A DNA stretch of 38,527 nucleotides, taken from NCBI RefSeq assembly GCF_006345805.1, contig NW_021833223.1:1-38527 (forward strand), given 5' to 3'. Both the position numbers and the translations under genes were made by a program. Numbering within the stretch: the first letter of the stretch is position 1; each line of letters starts with the position of its first letter. The DNA comes from Octopus sinensis. Its lineage: Eukaryota. Below, piece by piece: positions 21,309 through 32,904 of this stretch. The notes beneath the pieces are model-generated. The model was not told where the DNA came from and did no database searches. It saw only the letters and a program-made list of their open reading frames with translations.

Positions 21309-21500
21309 ACCACATGTGAATCGTTGGCGAATTTTTTCCGTCCTTCTTCCTTTTCTATTGGACTTTCCTCTGTTTCTGAAGAAGAGCTTTGCTAGAAATG
21401 TTAAACCATCTTTCTTTCCTTACCTGAGGGTCTGCTAATGCTTTACATGTACCACGTCCTCACGTTGATGTTTTTTGTGCTTCTTCGTTTATTTCGGGGG
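21308..21500 (+). mobile_element. Short Penelope-type repeat with degenerate minimal hammerhead (21372-21406)
   Basis: GTTT-CTGAAGA-A-GAGC-TTT-GCTA-GAAA-TGTT-AAAC. Downstream body matches 23371-23472 and the reverse of 27441-27643. Flanked by (TA)n. Confidence 0.7.
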
Positions 21501-21532
21501 GAATTATGTATATATATATATTATATATATTA

Positions 21533-21563
<31 letters not shown>

Positions 21564-21579
21564 TATATATATATATATA

Positions 21580-21623
<44 letters not shown>

Positions 21624-21736
21624 GGTAGGTATGTATATAAGAAGATGCATATATATAATAGAGAGAGAGAGATATGTTCATAAATATATTAATATATATT
21701 ATACGATACAAATAAGAAGACGATATTTTTTCGAAC

Positions 21737-21829
21737 GTAGAGTTGCCGTTACAACAGTAGAATTACTGGGCAAATTACCCTCACAAGGCCGTAGTCTTTG
21801 CGAGATACGGGTTCGAATCCCATTACTAG
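21737..21829 (+). pseudogene. Degenerate tRNA-like sequence (long variable arm, Ser/Leu-like)
   Basis: B box GGGTTCGAATCCC at 21809-21821, ends GTAG.../...ACTA, length 93 nt. D and anticodon arms do not fold by eye. Confidence 0.3.
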
Positions 21830-22440
21830 ATGTTGACAAATTTTGGTGGTGGTGGTGATGGTAGTGTGTTATCTCAATTAAGTGATGTGTTTATGCATAT
21901 GTTAGTCTAATTCTTATCTATCATTATGTTTGATCACATGGTTATATCGAAAGCATCTCCCTGCCTATGCTGTGTACTAAACCGTCATTGTTAACCCTAG
22001 GATGCTTCGGACATGACTTGAGAGATTATATATATTTGTGTGTGTGTGTGTGTGCGTGTGTGTGTGTAAGTGTGTGTGTGCGTGCGTGTGTTTGTGTCGT
22101 CTCTCCGACACGGGTTTCCAATCGCATATCCGTTCCTGTAGCTTCTTTCCCCAATATTTTGTGTGGTCAAATTTCTACACACACCCTCCATATATTTTAA
22201 ACAGTGCGTTACACTTCCAGGTTTACAGATCATTCTAGATCATCGGTGAACATAGAAAGATTTCATCCGTGTGCAACTGAGCATGTCGAACGTGCAAGTT
22301 CTGCTTATCTCTCACCTAATTATCGCACGAACACTAATTCACACAGTAAAAAAAATCAGGGCGCATACTCAGATCAATAGGCACGTTCAACCCCGCTCTC
22401 AAGTAACTTCTAAGTCATACCCATATATATATAGTCATAC

Positions 22441-22489
<49 letters not shown>

Positions 22490-22494
22490 TACAT

Positions 22495-22670
22495 TCTTCT
22501 CTTTTTGTTCTTTCTTTGTTTCTTTCTGTGTCAATTTCTGTAGAAGAGCGTAGGTCGAAACGTAAAATACCTTTTCGATTCCTGAGCGTTATACTAATAC
22601 ATCTGTTTGTTTTCGACACCACCTGTCTTCGTCTTTTGTTTTCTTGTTTTTTTCGTGAATTCTCCCTTTA
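22495..22670 (+). mobile_element. Short Penelope-type repeat with minimal hammerhead variant (22534-22568)
   Basis: ATTT-CTGTAGA-A-GAGC-GTAG-GTC-GAAA-CGTA-AAAT. Same family as 575-737. Between (TA)n tracts. Confidence 0.72.
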
Positions 22671-22678
22671 TATATATA

Positions 22679-22720
<42 letters not shown>

Positions 22721-23370
22721 AGAGAGAAAATACTGTGAGATCGACGGACCTGAAACCGAACTGACGAAAGAAGTTATATCCTTGAAGATGTTGCAAATAT
22801 CGACGAGAGAACATTGACAAAAAATAATTGATTGATTAATAATGGTTAATCAAACAACTGATTAGAAAATAGGTTAAATAATTGGCTGATTGATGATAGA
22901 TAAGGCCAGAATGAAATAGAAACAGTGGGTGTGTTTATTATTGGCATGCTTGCCCCTCTGAGGGAAGCGTCCCTAAGATTTCTTAAAGCGAGTCTCTCGG
23001 TGAAAGTCACTCTGATAGGAAAGCAGTATTGTAGGAAATGGCAGCGAACAGTTTGCAGATCTTTGACTTGAATGGGAGATCATGGTTCTCCCCCATTCTC
23101 CAGGAAACTGCGTTCCTCCTGGATAATGTGAATAGGGTGGATATGGTCCATCAAATAAAATGCAAGCCTTATAGGACTTGAAATTTTGCAGGGCCCATTC
23201 ATGAGACTTTTGCATGACCAATAGTTAGTTGTAGTCTTCCTCGATCACGAGTCAAGAGATATTATGCACACACACACATATATACAAATATACACACATA
23301 CATATTATATATATATATATATATATAGATAATATATAGCAAAATAGATAAATCGATATAGATGTAGATG

Positions 23371-23468
23371 TAACCCTCCTTCTTTCTTTCTTTCCTGAGC
23401 GTCCAATAATACTATATTTGTTCCACGTCCTCGCGTTGTTGTGTTTTTTTGTGCTTTCTTCTTTGGAT

Positions 23469-23472
<4 letters not shown>
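23371..23472 (+). mobile_element. 3' fragment of the 21308/27441 repeat family (no ribozyme part)
   Basis: TAACCCTCCTTCTTTC...TTCCTGAGCGTCCAATAATACTATATTTGTTCCACGTCCTCGCGTTG matches the reverse of 27470-27540. Confidence 0.8.
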
Positions 23473-23508
<36 letters not shown>

Positions 23509-23761
23509 TATACACACTACGCACGCACACACACACATATATTTCGGATTTTAAGAGACAGGGAGATATAGTATGAATATATATAAGTATATGTTTAGGA
23601 ATTATATACATATGTTCACGAATACTTATACAAATATATATATGCGTATATATATGCAAATATAAATGTGTATATATATACATATATATACATGCATATT
23701 GATGTATGTATTATGCACACTATGTTTTCGTGTCTAGTTATTTACTCATACATATAACCTC

Positions 23762-23792
<31 letters not shown>

Positions 23793-24520
23793 AATTCGTA
23801 GCGTGTGAGCGCGAATGCGTGTTGCTATGAAGAATATATATCTACACACACACACACACCCAGAAACACACACACACACACACACAACACACACACACAC
23901 ACACACACACGCACGCACACTCACATATATACATGTTGAAAATTGCCTATACATTCTGTGTCACCATTCAGCAAATCATAAGTTTCCGGTAGAAAATTAT
24001 TGTCTGCTATTATGTATTATCGAAATGAGGAAGGATATCAAAATTAAGTAATTGTGTTCGACAGTGAATATCACCATTAGAATAATCAGATCGTCCGTTT
24101 GTGCATGCAAGTTTTCTTCCAGTAAAATGTCTTTTATTAAATATTCATTTACTATATCACCTCTGAGAAAACCAAATCGAATTGGACTTCCTGTCGTCTG
24201 TATAAGGGAAATTCACATGGGAATGAAATTACTCCAATTTTAATATCACTCATGTTTTATTAAGAAATGAACTGTGTCCGTTATTCATCAATTTTCTCAA
24301 TACAATTCTTTTCTATTTTTATTTTTATACTTTGATTTATTTTTATTTTATTTCTCCATTTATATTTCAATATTTACTTATTTATTCGTTCCTTCCACCT
24401 TGGTCGATTTATTTGTTAAGTCAGTATGTTTCCCATAATGCATTTCGGCACTTTGTTAAAAAGTGTATGGAAACATTGTAACCACATTTAATAATTTTAT
24501 ATTGTTCATTTTGTACACAT

Positions 24521-24557
<37 letters not shown>

Positions 24558-24913
24558 TATTACTACACGCACAAAAAATACACACACGTGTGTATTATAT
24601 GTATACATATTTTTTTCGATATATTTGAGATACCTGCATGTACCTATATTTTTTAAGAAAAAGCTACATCTCCTACTTTGAAGACTCCCACATGGACCAG
24701 TGCAACTGAGGGCAGCAACATAAAATTCCATCATAAATCAGATGCCAATTAGTAATGTAGAATTAAGGAAGGTGTAGCAACATCAATTGACGGTGCTCCA
24801 TCATGGCCACAGCTTTCGAGCTGAGTCTTATAAAAGAGGAAAAATAGGTAAACTAGGATACTTATGAAATGCTTTCTACATTTGTGCTATCTCTTCGATG
24901 TTCTTATGACTAT

Positions 24914-25157
24914 ATGTGTGTGTGTGTGTGTGTCTGTGTGTGTGTGTGTGTATTTGTGTGTGTGTGTTTGCCCCACTCCTCTCCATCGCTTGACACTGAT
25001 GTTGGTGTGACTTTCATTTCCATAATCTGGTGGTTCGACAAAAGAGAAGATAGAATAACTAATAGGGTTACAAAAATAAGTTCTGGTATCGATTTGTTCG
25101 ATTCGAGGTATTGCTCCAACATGGCCGCAATCAAATGACTGAAACAAGAACAAAAGA
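24914..25157 (+). mobile_element. 3' half of family A SINE starting at its (TG)n tract
   Basis: CATCGCTTGACACTGATGTTGGTGTG...TGCTCCAACATGGCCGCAATCAAATGACTGAAACAAG. Confidence 0.82.
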
Positions 25158-25177
25158 ATTTTTGAAATGTATATGCA

Positions 25178-25589
25178 TATTCTTATATTCTTTTATTTGT
25201 TCCAATCAGTTGACAGGCTACCATACAGGAGCACTGCCTCTGGTTGAACAAATCGACCCCAGGGCTTATTCTTTGTAACCCTAGTATTTAATCTATTGGC
25301 ATGCTTTGTCGAACTGCTATATTACAGAGATATACATACACCAACATCGGTTGTCAAGCGATGGTGGGCCACAGATACATGAAGGTAAATATATATATAT
25401 ATATATTTCTTTATTTCTTTATTTCTACGACGGGCTTCTTCCAGTTTCCCTCTACTAAATTCACTCACAAGGTTTTGGTCGGTCCGAGACTAGAATAGAA
25501 GACACTTGCTCAAGGTGCCACGCAGTGGTACTGAACCCGGAACCATGTTGTTGGGAAGCAAGCTACTTACCACACAGCCATGTCTGCGC
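25178..25589 (-). mobile_element. Diverged full-length family A SINE
   Basis: Colinear with 15695-16109. Ends AAGCTACTTACCACACAGCCATGTCTGCGC. Confidence 0.88.
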
Positions 25590-26399
25590 ATGTATTTATA
25601 TATGAACGTTCGTATTTATCATATCTAAAATCTTATACGAAAAAAGTGCAGCGAACTAATATGTATTTTTTTTTAACGCTTACATCTTACAATAAAGTAG
25701 GTCATACCTAAATTCGTCTAAAACGCTTGTAATTGTAAAATCCACGTATGAATTTCCATATTAACCTATGCTCACTTACTAAATACATGTAAAGGTATTA
25801 TATGATATTAACTAAAAAGAAAAAGAAAAGATCCTTTTTAAATGCTTTATTTACGTGCAAATGTATTTACCTGTATTCCTATTATATACGTTGATTCGAA
25901 TCTAATTGATGTAGAGACGTTCGTACAGGATTCAGGGACAATCCTCTCGAGCCATTTACCATGATTGCTAATGTAAATAACCAACAGTTTAATATTTCAT
26001 TATATGAAAACTCCGAAGAAGCATCGTTTTGTTTAATGGCGTCGGGTAGATATAATAACATATGCGTTACGTATATTGCATAAACGGATTTTTTTTATGT
26101 AACGCATTTTGCCTTATAGACATATAGTTTTAAATTTTATTTGATACATACACTAGCGTCTATGAAAGTATATGAAGAGACGGCTTGCTTAATTTGATTC
26201 TGTGTACGAGTTTCTAGTCTCATATGTGATTTTATTATTCATTCCATGTTTTCGTATATGTGATTGTATGTTATAAATACTATAAAATATATATTGAATT
26301 CGAGGCAAGTTTATATGATGGATAATATATTTAGGTTTATAATCATGTGCAAATCAATACACACATATTTGTATGTATATTTTTTTCATATACATAAAC

Positions 26400-26447
26400 G
26401 CACACATACACACGTACGCATATGAATATATATATATATATATATAT

Positions 26448-26534
<87 letters not shown>

Positions 26535-26550
26535 TATGTATGTATGTACA
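26400..26550. repeat. Compound (TA)n(GATA)n(TATG)n microsatellite
   Basis: Direct reading. Confidence 0.95.
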
Positions 26551-26720
26551 CATAGTTGAAATTTATAGAAAAACGAAATACGAAGACTGGTTTATGAATA
26601 ACAAACAAGTGTATTAGTTTGACGCTTGGAGATTAATGAAAAAGTGTTTTACGTTTCGAGCCTACGCTCTTCTACAGGAAAGAATAAGAGAAAATAAACA
26701 GAGAAAGACTGACAAAAACT
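26551..26720 (-). mobile_element. Short Penelope-type repeat with minimal hammerhead variant (26646-26682)
   Basis: Minus strand CTTTC-CTGTAGA-A-GAGC-GTAG-GCTC-GAAA-CGTA-AAAC. Perfect 4-bp stem II. Confidence 0.72.
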
Positions 26721-26790
26721 TGTAGAGTTCAGCGGACTGACATTGCGAAGGATTGGGGGGGAAAAGGTTGAAAGAAAGGGAGATTATTGA

Positions 26791-26830
26791 CTCCAGCATG
26801 GCCGTGGGCTAATGACTGAAACAAGTAAAA
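26791..26830 (+). mobile_element. Family A SINE 3' tail fragment
   Basis: CTCCAGCATGGCCGTGGGCTAATGACTGAAACAAGTAAAA. Confidence 0.7.
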
Positions 26831-26835
26831 CCGCC

Positions 26836-27021
26836 GCTCACCCTCCCTACAGTCCAGACCTTAATGGCTGTGACATTTGCTTGCTGTCGAAGCTGGAGAA
26901 GATGAAGGCGAATGTGATAGGGTTTCTGGACACCTTCCGTTTGGAGGACATCTATCGGACCTTCAGGACATGACGGGAACGCTGCAACTATTTCATTGAA
27001 GTGAGAGGATCTTATTTGAAA
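26836..27021 (+). mobile_element. Mariner (DD34D) transposase C-terminal pseudogene fragment
   Basis: Translates AHPPYSPDLNGCDICLLSKLEKMKANVIGFLDTFRLEDIYRTFRT*RERCNYFIEVRGSYLK. YSPDL..CD is the mariner third-aspartate motif. Internal deletion and stop. Confidence 0.88.
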
Positions 27022-27365
27022 CGGGTTCGATGCTTCGTACTTCTTTGAAATTAGTAAATGTCACATGAAAAAGTCTAAAATCTTCTGTATCGCAAATGAT
27101 GCTTGCAAATAAAAAGATATGTAAGATAGGCGTAGGTGTGGTTGTGTACTAGGAAGTTTGTTTTGCAATTTTACGGTCGCGTGTTCAATCTTACTACGTG
27201 ACACTATTTGCAAGTAGCTTCGGTCACTGTAGTAGGCCGACCAAAGTCTTGAGTATCGATGTGGCTGACGGAAGCTGACAGAAAAGTGTTCTATCCGAGT
27301 GGAGGTGGGATGCGCGCGCATATGTATACATAGATATGTGTACGAATGTAAGTATATGTATATAT

Positions 27366-27426
<61 letters not shown>

Positions 27427-27440
27427 GATATATATATATA

Positions 27441-27643
27441 TTTAATCCACATGAAAACACAAAGAGAAAACACAACAACGCTAGGACGTGGAACAAATAT
27501 AGTATTGTTGGACGCTCAGGAAGGAAGGGAAGAAGGAGGGCTTAAGGTTTCGAGTGGAGCTCTTCGTCAGAAACATAGGAAAAGGAAAAATCCACTGAAG
27601 GGAAGGAGGAAAAAAATCGCCAACGGTACACACGCGGTCACGC
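27441..27643 (-). mobile_element. Short Penelope-type repeat with minimal hammerhead (27540-27574)
   Basis: Minus strand GTTT-CTGACGA-A-GAGC-TCC-ACTC-GAAA-CCTT-AAGC. Same family as 21308-21500. Confidence 0.72.
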
Positions 27644-27649
27644 GTATAC

Positions 27650-27680
<31 letters not shown>

Positions 27681-27709
27681 TATAAACTCCACCAACTATT
27701 CTGCCTATA

Positions 27710-27941
27710 TGTCTACACACATCTTTGAATGCAATGTATGGCAGAAGGCTTGCAAATCTAACAGAGGCCTCAAAAGGCATTTTAAGATCCACAAAGATCA
27801 GAACTTATCTGCAGCTCTTGCTGGACCAAATCGGATGTGCAATCTGGGCGGGTGCCTTTTCAAAACATTGGTTTAAAAAGCCACATCAGATGCCATGATA
27901 GAGGAGGTGGTCAAACACTGCTTAAGGAGAAGACAACCACC
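27710..27941 (+). mobile_element. 3' end of a LINE (RTE-like) with two decayed C2H2 zinc fingers
   Basis: CNVWQKACKSNRGLKRHFKIH and, across a frameshift near 27870, CNLGGCLFKTL/GLKSHIRCH. A short GGTGGTC...GACAACCACC end runs into (AT)n. Confidence 0.6.
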
Positions 27942-28079
27942 ATATATATATATATGTGTGTGTGCGCGTGTGTGTGTGTGTTTGTGTGTGTGAGTGTGTG
28001 TGTGTGTGTGTGTATGCATATATGTATTTATCTATCTATCTCTGTGAATGTGTTTATGTGTGTATCTAACTGTCGACTG

Positions 28080-28228
28080 TTCACCGACATCACTTGGCCA
28101 CCGGTGTTGCTTTGTTTTCGTAACTGTAACTTAGCGTTTCGACAAAAAGAATAAGCATGGGATCGACTTGTTCGACTAGATCCATGAAGGTGTTGCCCCA
28201 GCATGGCCACAGTTTAATGAACGAAAAT
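28080..28228 (+). mobile_element. Diverged family A SINE 3' half
   Basis: CATCACTTGGCCACCGGTGTTG...TAACTTAGCGTTTCGACAAAAAG...GTTGCCCCAGCATGGCCACAG. Confidence 0.75.
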
Positions 28229-29339
28229 ATTTGAATGAAGGTTCTACGAATTTATCCAGTGAATATTTTCTTTATTTAATAAATTCCTATTTGATGACTA
28301 TCTGGCTGCTATTTTTAGCAACCGAAAAAATCTCATGTACGTCAGTTTGTTCTGAGGGTCACTTATTCTCACATACAATATTACCCTTAAAATATATAAA
28401 CATGATACTATTTGAAAATCAATATTTCACATTTGTTCTTAACGCACAGCGTTTCCTAGCATTTTAATTTCACGCTTCGCTTTCCCTTAAATAATAACAG
28501 TAAACACAGCGAAAACTTTAACGAAATTAATAAACTTACGCTGGGATTGTTTTTTAATTAACATTGGCTAAAAGACAATCATTTAGTTTGTTTTATTATT
28601 AAAGTTACTCAAGTTAAAAAAAAAGGTTATATATAGTTTCGTAAGTCAAAATATTCTCAGCGGGTAAAAAGTTTTCGCAACAGGAAATGTCTTGTGTTCT
28701 GCTTCATTTAATTGCATCACATGATTAGGAAATCAATTTCTGCTACTCATTTGTTACATAGAACAATGAACAACGTCTCTTCCCGCATCTATTTACATCT
28801 CTCAAGACATCTATGGACCAATTTGAAGTTAAACATTTTTGTCAGACCCAGCTTAGATTACGAATCGAAGACAGCATGGCGAGATTATCTGGCTTACCGT
28901 CAATTCAGTCTGTTTTGATTGTTTGGCACTCTTGGACGGTTCAGCACCAATTTCCTTTTTGCTTTCCCTCTTCTCTTTTTCCTTCTTTCTTTCTTTCTTT
29001 CTTTCTTTTGTTAGTTTTTGCTTTCTATGAATGCCTCAGTGTGTTATAATATTCTTCGTTATTTCTCCGATTCTGTGGCATATAAGGTTTTGTGCGTATG
29101 TATATGTGTGTGTGTGCGCGTACAAGTGCATGTACATTCGTGTCCATATATGGCAATTGCTGGATGCTTGCATAAATGGGAAGAGCTGTAGGTGGAAGTC
29201 CATATGTGTATATCAATTCCTGTATTTGCGTATGTATACATAAGCATGTACATATACAAGTATACACATGCGTATGTATCCATGGATATATGTATGAAAA
29301 TATGTATATCTCTATATAGATGCATACGTATGTACGCAG

Positions 29340-29362
29340 GAATGTTTTTTATGCATACGTAC

Positions 29363-29423
<61 letters not shown>

Positions 29424-29492
29424 TATTGTGTGTGTGTGTGTGTGGTGTATAGAGATATATACGTACAAATATATGCACGTATGTATGTATCC

Positions 29493-29552
<60 letters not shown>

Positions 29553-29770
29553 GCATGCAAGTATTTATATAGGTGTGTATGTACGTTGGAAGTATGCATG
29601 TATGCGTGAATGCAGGTATGCGTGGTAATGTATGTATATGTATATATATATATATAAATATATATATGTATATATATATATGTATATATATATATATTCA
29701 TATATATATATATGTGTGTGTGTATATATATATATATCTATGTATGATTATATCAATAGATAGATAGATA
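29340..29770. repeat. Microsatellite-rich tract (CA/TA/TG/GATA)
   Basis: Direct reading. Confidence 0.92.
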
Positions 29771-30229
29771 TATACATACAACGAATGTACCCATGTATGT
29801 ACGCAAGTATGTATGTATCCTCGTATTTAACTGTGTATAGAAGTCCTTATACATCTCTACAGAAGTTCGGAAGTATACTTGTATATATGGAATAACGTAT
29901 GTCCGTATGTGCCATCCTGTATTGTGATTATTTTCCAAGTGTTAGTTAGGTAATGCGAACGGAATTACATCAATTAGTGCCCAGTTAGTCCCGAGGGATC
30001 AAACCTCATTCACATCCAATTTACCGTGTAATTACTTTTCATTACGACCTTACTAAATTCCAAACAATTTGCCAATGTCATATAATTTCTCTCAGAGTTT
30101 TTAATGTGCTTAAGACATTCTCCAACGTCACTGCATTGTCCTATAGAGCCCAACACACACACACACACACTTACACACATAGCTAAAGTAAAGAGAAATA
30201 TATAATCAAAATTAATAATGCGTATACGC

Positions 30230-30290
30230 TTTACTCTTACACTACACTCCGTCATTGAACTGCAGCCATACTGGAGTCCGCCTTTAAGTC
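30230..30290 (-). mobile_element. Family A SINE 3' fragment
   Basis: TTTACTCTTAC...GTCATTGAACTGCAGCCATACTGGAGTCCGCCTTTA. Confidence 0.6.
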
Positions 30291-30475
30291 TTTTGTCATA
30301 TATATATGCACACACACGTGCACTCGCATACAAAGAAATATACATATTGCTATATGAATTGTGCAGGACAAGATGAACCTGATCCTGAACACCACGACCA
30401 ACGGCAATCCAGATATGACCATCCTAATATTCTCTTTATATTCATTAAAGTATTCTGATATGTGTGATAATATAT

Positions 30476-30532
<57 letters not shown>

Positions 30533-30587
30533 AACTTGTTTATAATTTAACCTTTAAAGGTATTCTTTAATAGCTGGCCATTGATTA

Positions 30588-30720
30588 CGTTAGATATCAC
30601 CGTGATCACCGTGACCGACCAGGCTATCAGATGTTTCTACACATCGTTGGTCACAATGCGCTTCGCATTGTTTTAGCCTTCAAATGACGCCACCCCACTG
30701 GCTAAGCGAGCAGGCCAACA
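30588..30720 (-). mobile_element. Short retroposon-like element with hairpin and (ATCACGGTG)n tail
   Basis: Minus strand starts TGTTGGCCTGCTCGCTTAGCC, contains ACAATGCG-AAG-CGCATTGT, ends GTCACGGTGATCACGGTGATA. Confidence 0.6.
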
Positions 30721-30755
30721 TTAGATATATATATATGTATATAGATATATACATA

Positions 30756-30835
30756 CAGTAATCCCTCGGCATATCGCGGTTCACCCATCACTGGGGCATT
30801 TGGAATGTAACACTTGCGATAGTTGAGGGATTGCG
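30756..30835. mobile_element. Tiny Tc1/pogo(Tigger)-like MITE
   Basis: CAGTAATCCCTCGGCATATCGCG at the left end and its degenerate inverse TGCGATAGTTGAGGGATTGCG at the right. TA precedes the left end. Confidence 0.55.
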
Positions 30836-31719
30836 ATATACACACGCACACTCACACACATATGTGTGTGTAAATGTGCGTGTGTGAGCATGTGTGTGTG
30901 AGCGTGAGTGTGTGTGTGTATGTGTTTTTGTGTGTGTATATGTGTGTGTGTATGTGTGTGTGTGTGTTTGTGTGTGTGTTGTGTGTGTGTGTGTGCTTGT
31001 TTTCAAAGTTTATCATTCTCTCAAAGTGGCTTAAGACAATGATGCAAAACGGACAGTTTTTTTTTTTTTTTTTTAGTATGTATCGGTCTGCATACTCTCC
31101 ATAGTTATAGTTATTGCGATAATAGAATATATATATAGATATATATATATATATATAAAGGTGAAGACAAAAGTTTGGAATAATTTTTTTTTAAATCAAG
31201 ATTGTTATGCTCGAGTGTATCGTTAGATTCCATTCTGTCAACACGTCAAATGTAAATTGCTTCCCTGAAGACAGAGCCAGGTATTACCTGATGATTGAAT
31301 TCCTTTACAATCATTATGTTGAAAATCCAAGCCCTTGAAACTGCTGCTGGACTCGTAAAATACGTATTCAACTTATTCAATTCCGGAAATTGTTTGTATT
31401 TTGTGTAAGTCAGACGTTTTTATATGTAAATATATGTACATTTTTTGAGTTAAATGTATTTGATATTTTTTGTATATCGACTTGGCTAACTCCCTTGTCC
31501 TTAAATTTACTTCTCTACCTGATCAAATTTAAATCTATTGAGCACTACGAAGTGTATTCTTCACAGAGTATACCTGCCTGTAATCTCTGTCTCTCACTCT
31601 CTCTCTATACATATATATATATATATGATATGTATATACCAATGTCATTATACACACATAAACACACACACACACATACACACATACACACACACATATA
31701 TATATATATACATACTTGC

Positions 31720-31773
<54 letters not shown>

Positions 31774-32340
31774 GCATACATACATATGCCAACGTATTAT
31801 TTCATACAAATGTGCCTTTATCTTCATGTCTGTGCCTCATACCAAAATTCTATGCAGGCTACAGTAGGGAATGATAGTTTATGCTACGATAAATCCTATT
31901 TTCGATGCTCTAGGATAGTGAAAACAGACGTAGCCTTCTATTCACATGAACGAATATATCACGTCATACGCCGACGGGCAAAACAACGCCATATTGAAAA
32001 TAATTATATAGAATGAAAAAATACGTCATTATTGGTGATAGGAAATATGATTTAGCCTTTCAAGCAAAAAAAATATACTTCAATTTATATTGTCAAACTA
32101 CCAGACGGGAATTCATCTTTGGTGTGCATAAGTTATTACATTGTATATGATGTTATATATTATATGTTATTACATTCAAGGTTACTAGCTAGTTCATTGA
32201 CGGTGTCAAAACTCAACTCAGTATTACCACTTGGTTGTGGCTGTTTAAGACCAGTGAAAATCGTATTATGAAAATATGGCCTCAATAAACAAGAGAACCA
32301 TCACTTGATTTATATATATATATATTTATATGTGTGTGTG

Positions 32341-32378
<38 letters not shown>

Positions 32379-32641
32379 GTGTGTGTCTGTATGCGTTTGT
32401 GTGTTAGTACGTTTATTCAAACCAAAATGCATATTTATATGAATGCATGTATGTATCTATATATATGTAAGCATGGATATATATGTATAGATATAAAGAT
32501 AGATAGATAGATATATGTATGTGTGTATATATATATAAATATCTTATATATAATTATGTATATACATATATATATATTATATATATATTATATATATATG
32601 TATATAGTATTTGTATGGATATACATAGTATATATATATAT

Positions 32642-32675
<34 letters not shown>

Positions 32676-32685
32676 TTTTTATATA

Positions 32686-32780
32686 GACTTTTTCATTTTC
32701 CGAGTGTCAAGCTAATACACTTGTCTGTTGTTCATATACCTGTCTTCGTCTTTTGTTTTTCTATAAATTTCAACTGAATA
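32686..32780 (+). mobile_element. 3' fragment of the 575/22495/26551 repeat family
   Basis: GACTTTTTCATTTTCCGAGTGTCAAGCTAATACACTTGTCTGTTG...ACCTGTCTTCGTCTTTTG...TATAAATTTTCAACT. Confidence 0.8.
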
Positions 32781-32904
32781 TATATATATGTGTGTGTGTG
32801 TATGTGTGCGTGTGTGTGTGCATGTGTGTGTGTATGTTTGTGTCTGTAGTATATACGTATATACATTTTGTCTATAAATTTTGAAATTTATCTTTACGAA
32901 CTTT

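Noticed and set aside
21737-21829. Functional tRNA gene
   Set aside because: Only the T-arm/B box is convincing and no cloverleaf or anticodon can be assigned. Kept as a low-confidence relic.
22780-22815. Hammerhead-like TTGAAGA-T-GTTG...CGAC-GAGA
   Set aside because: Stem II is plausible, but both core halves are altered and no stem I or III can be formed.
22950-23260. GC-richer segment with 82-aa ORF
   Set aside because: No motif recognised in any frame, so it cannot be assigned.
28898-29024. Minus-strand Lys/Glu-rich frame ending at GACG|GTAAGC
   Set aside because: Good donor, but half the frame is a (GAAA)n microsatellite, the acceptor is weak and the antisense frame is equally open.
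31260-31350. CTGAAGA and CTGATGA near a GAAAC
   Set aside because: No consistent stems I, II and III. The local hairpin TGATTG/CAATCA sequesters the core.
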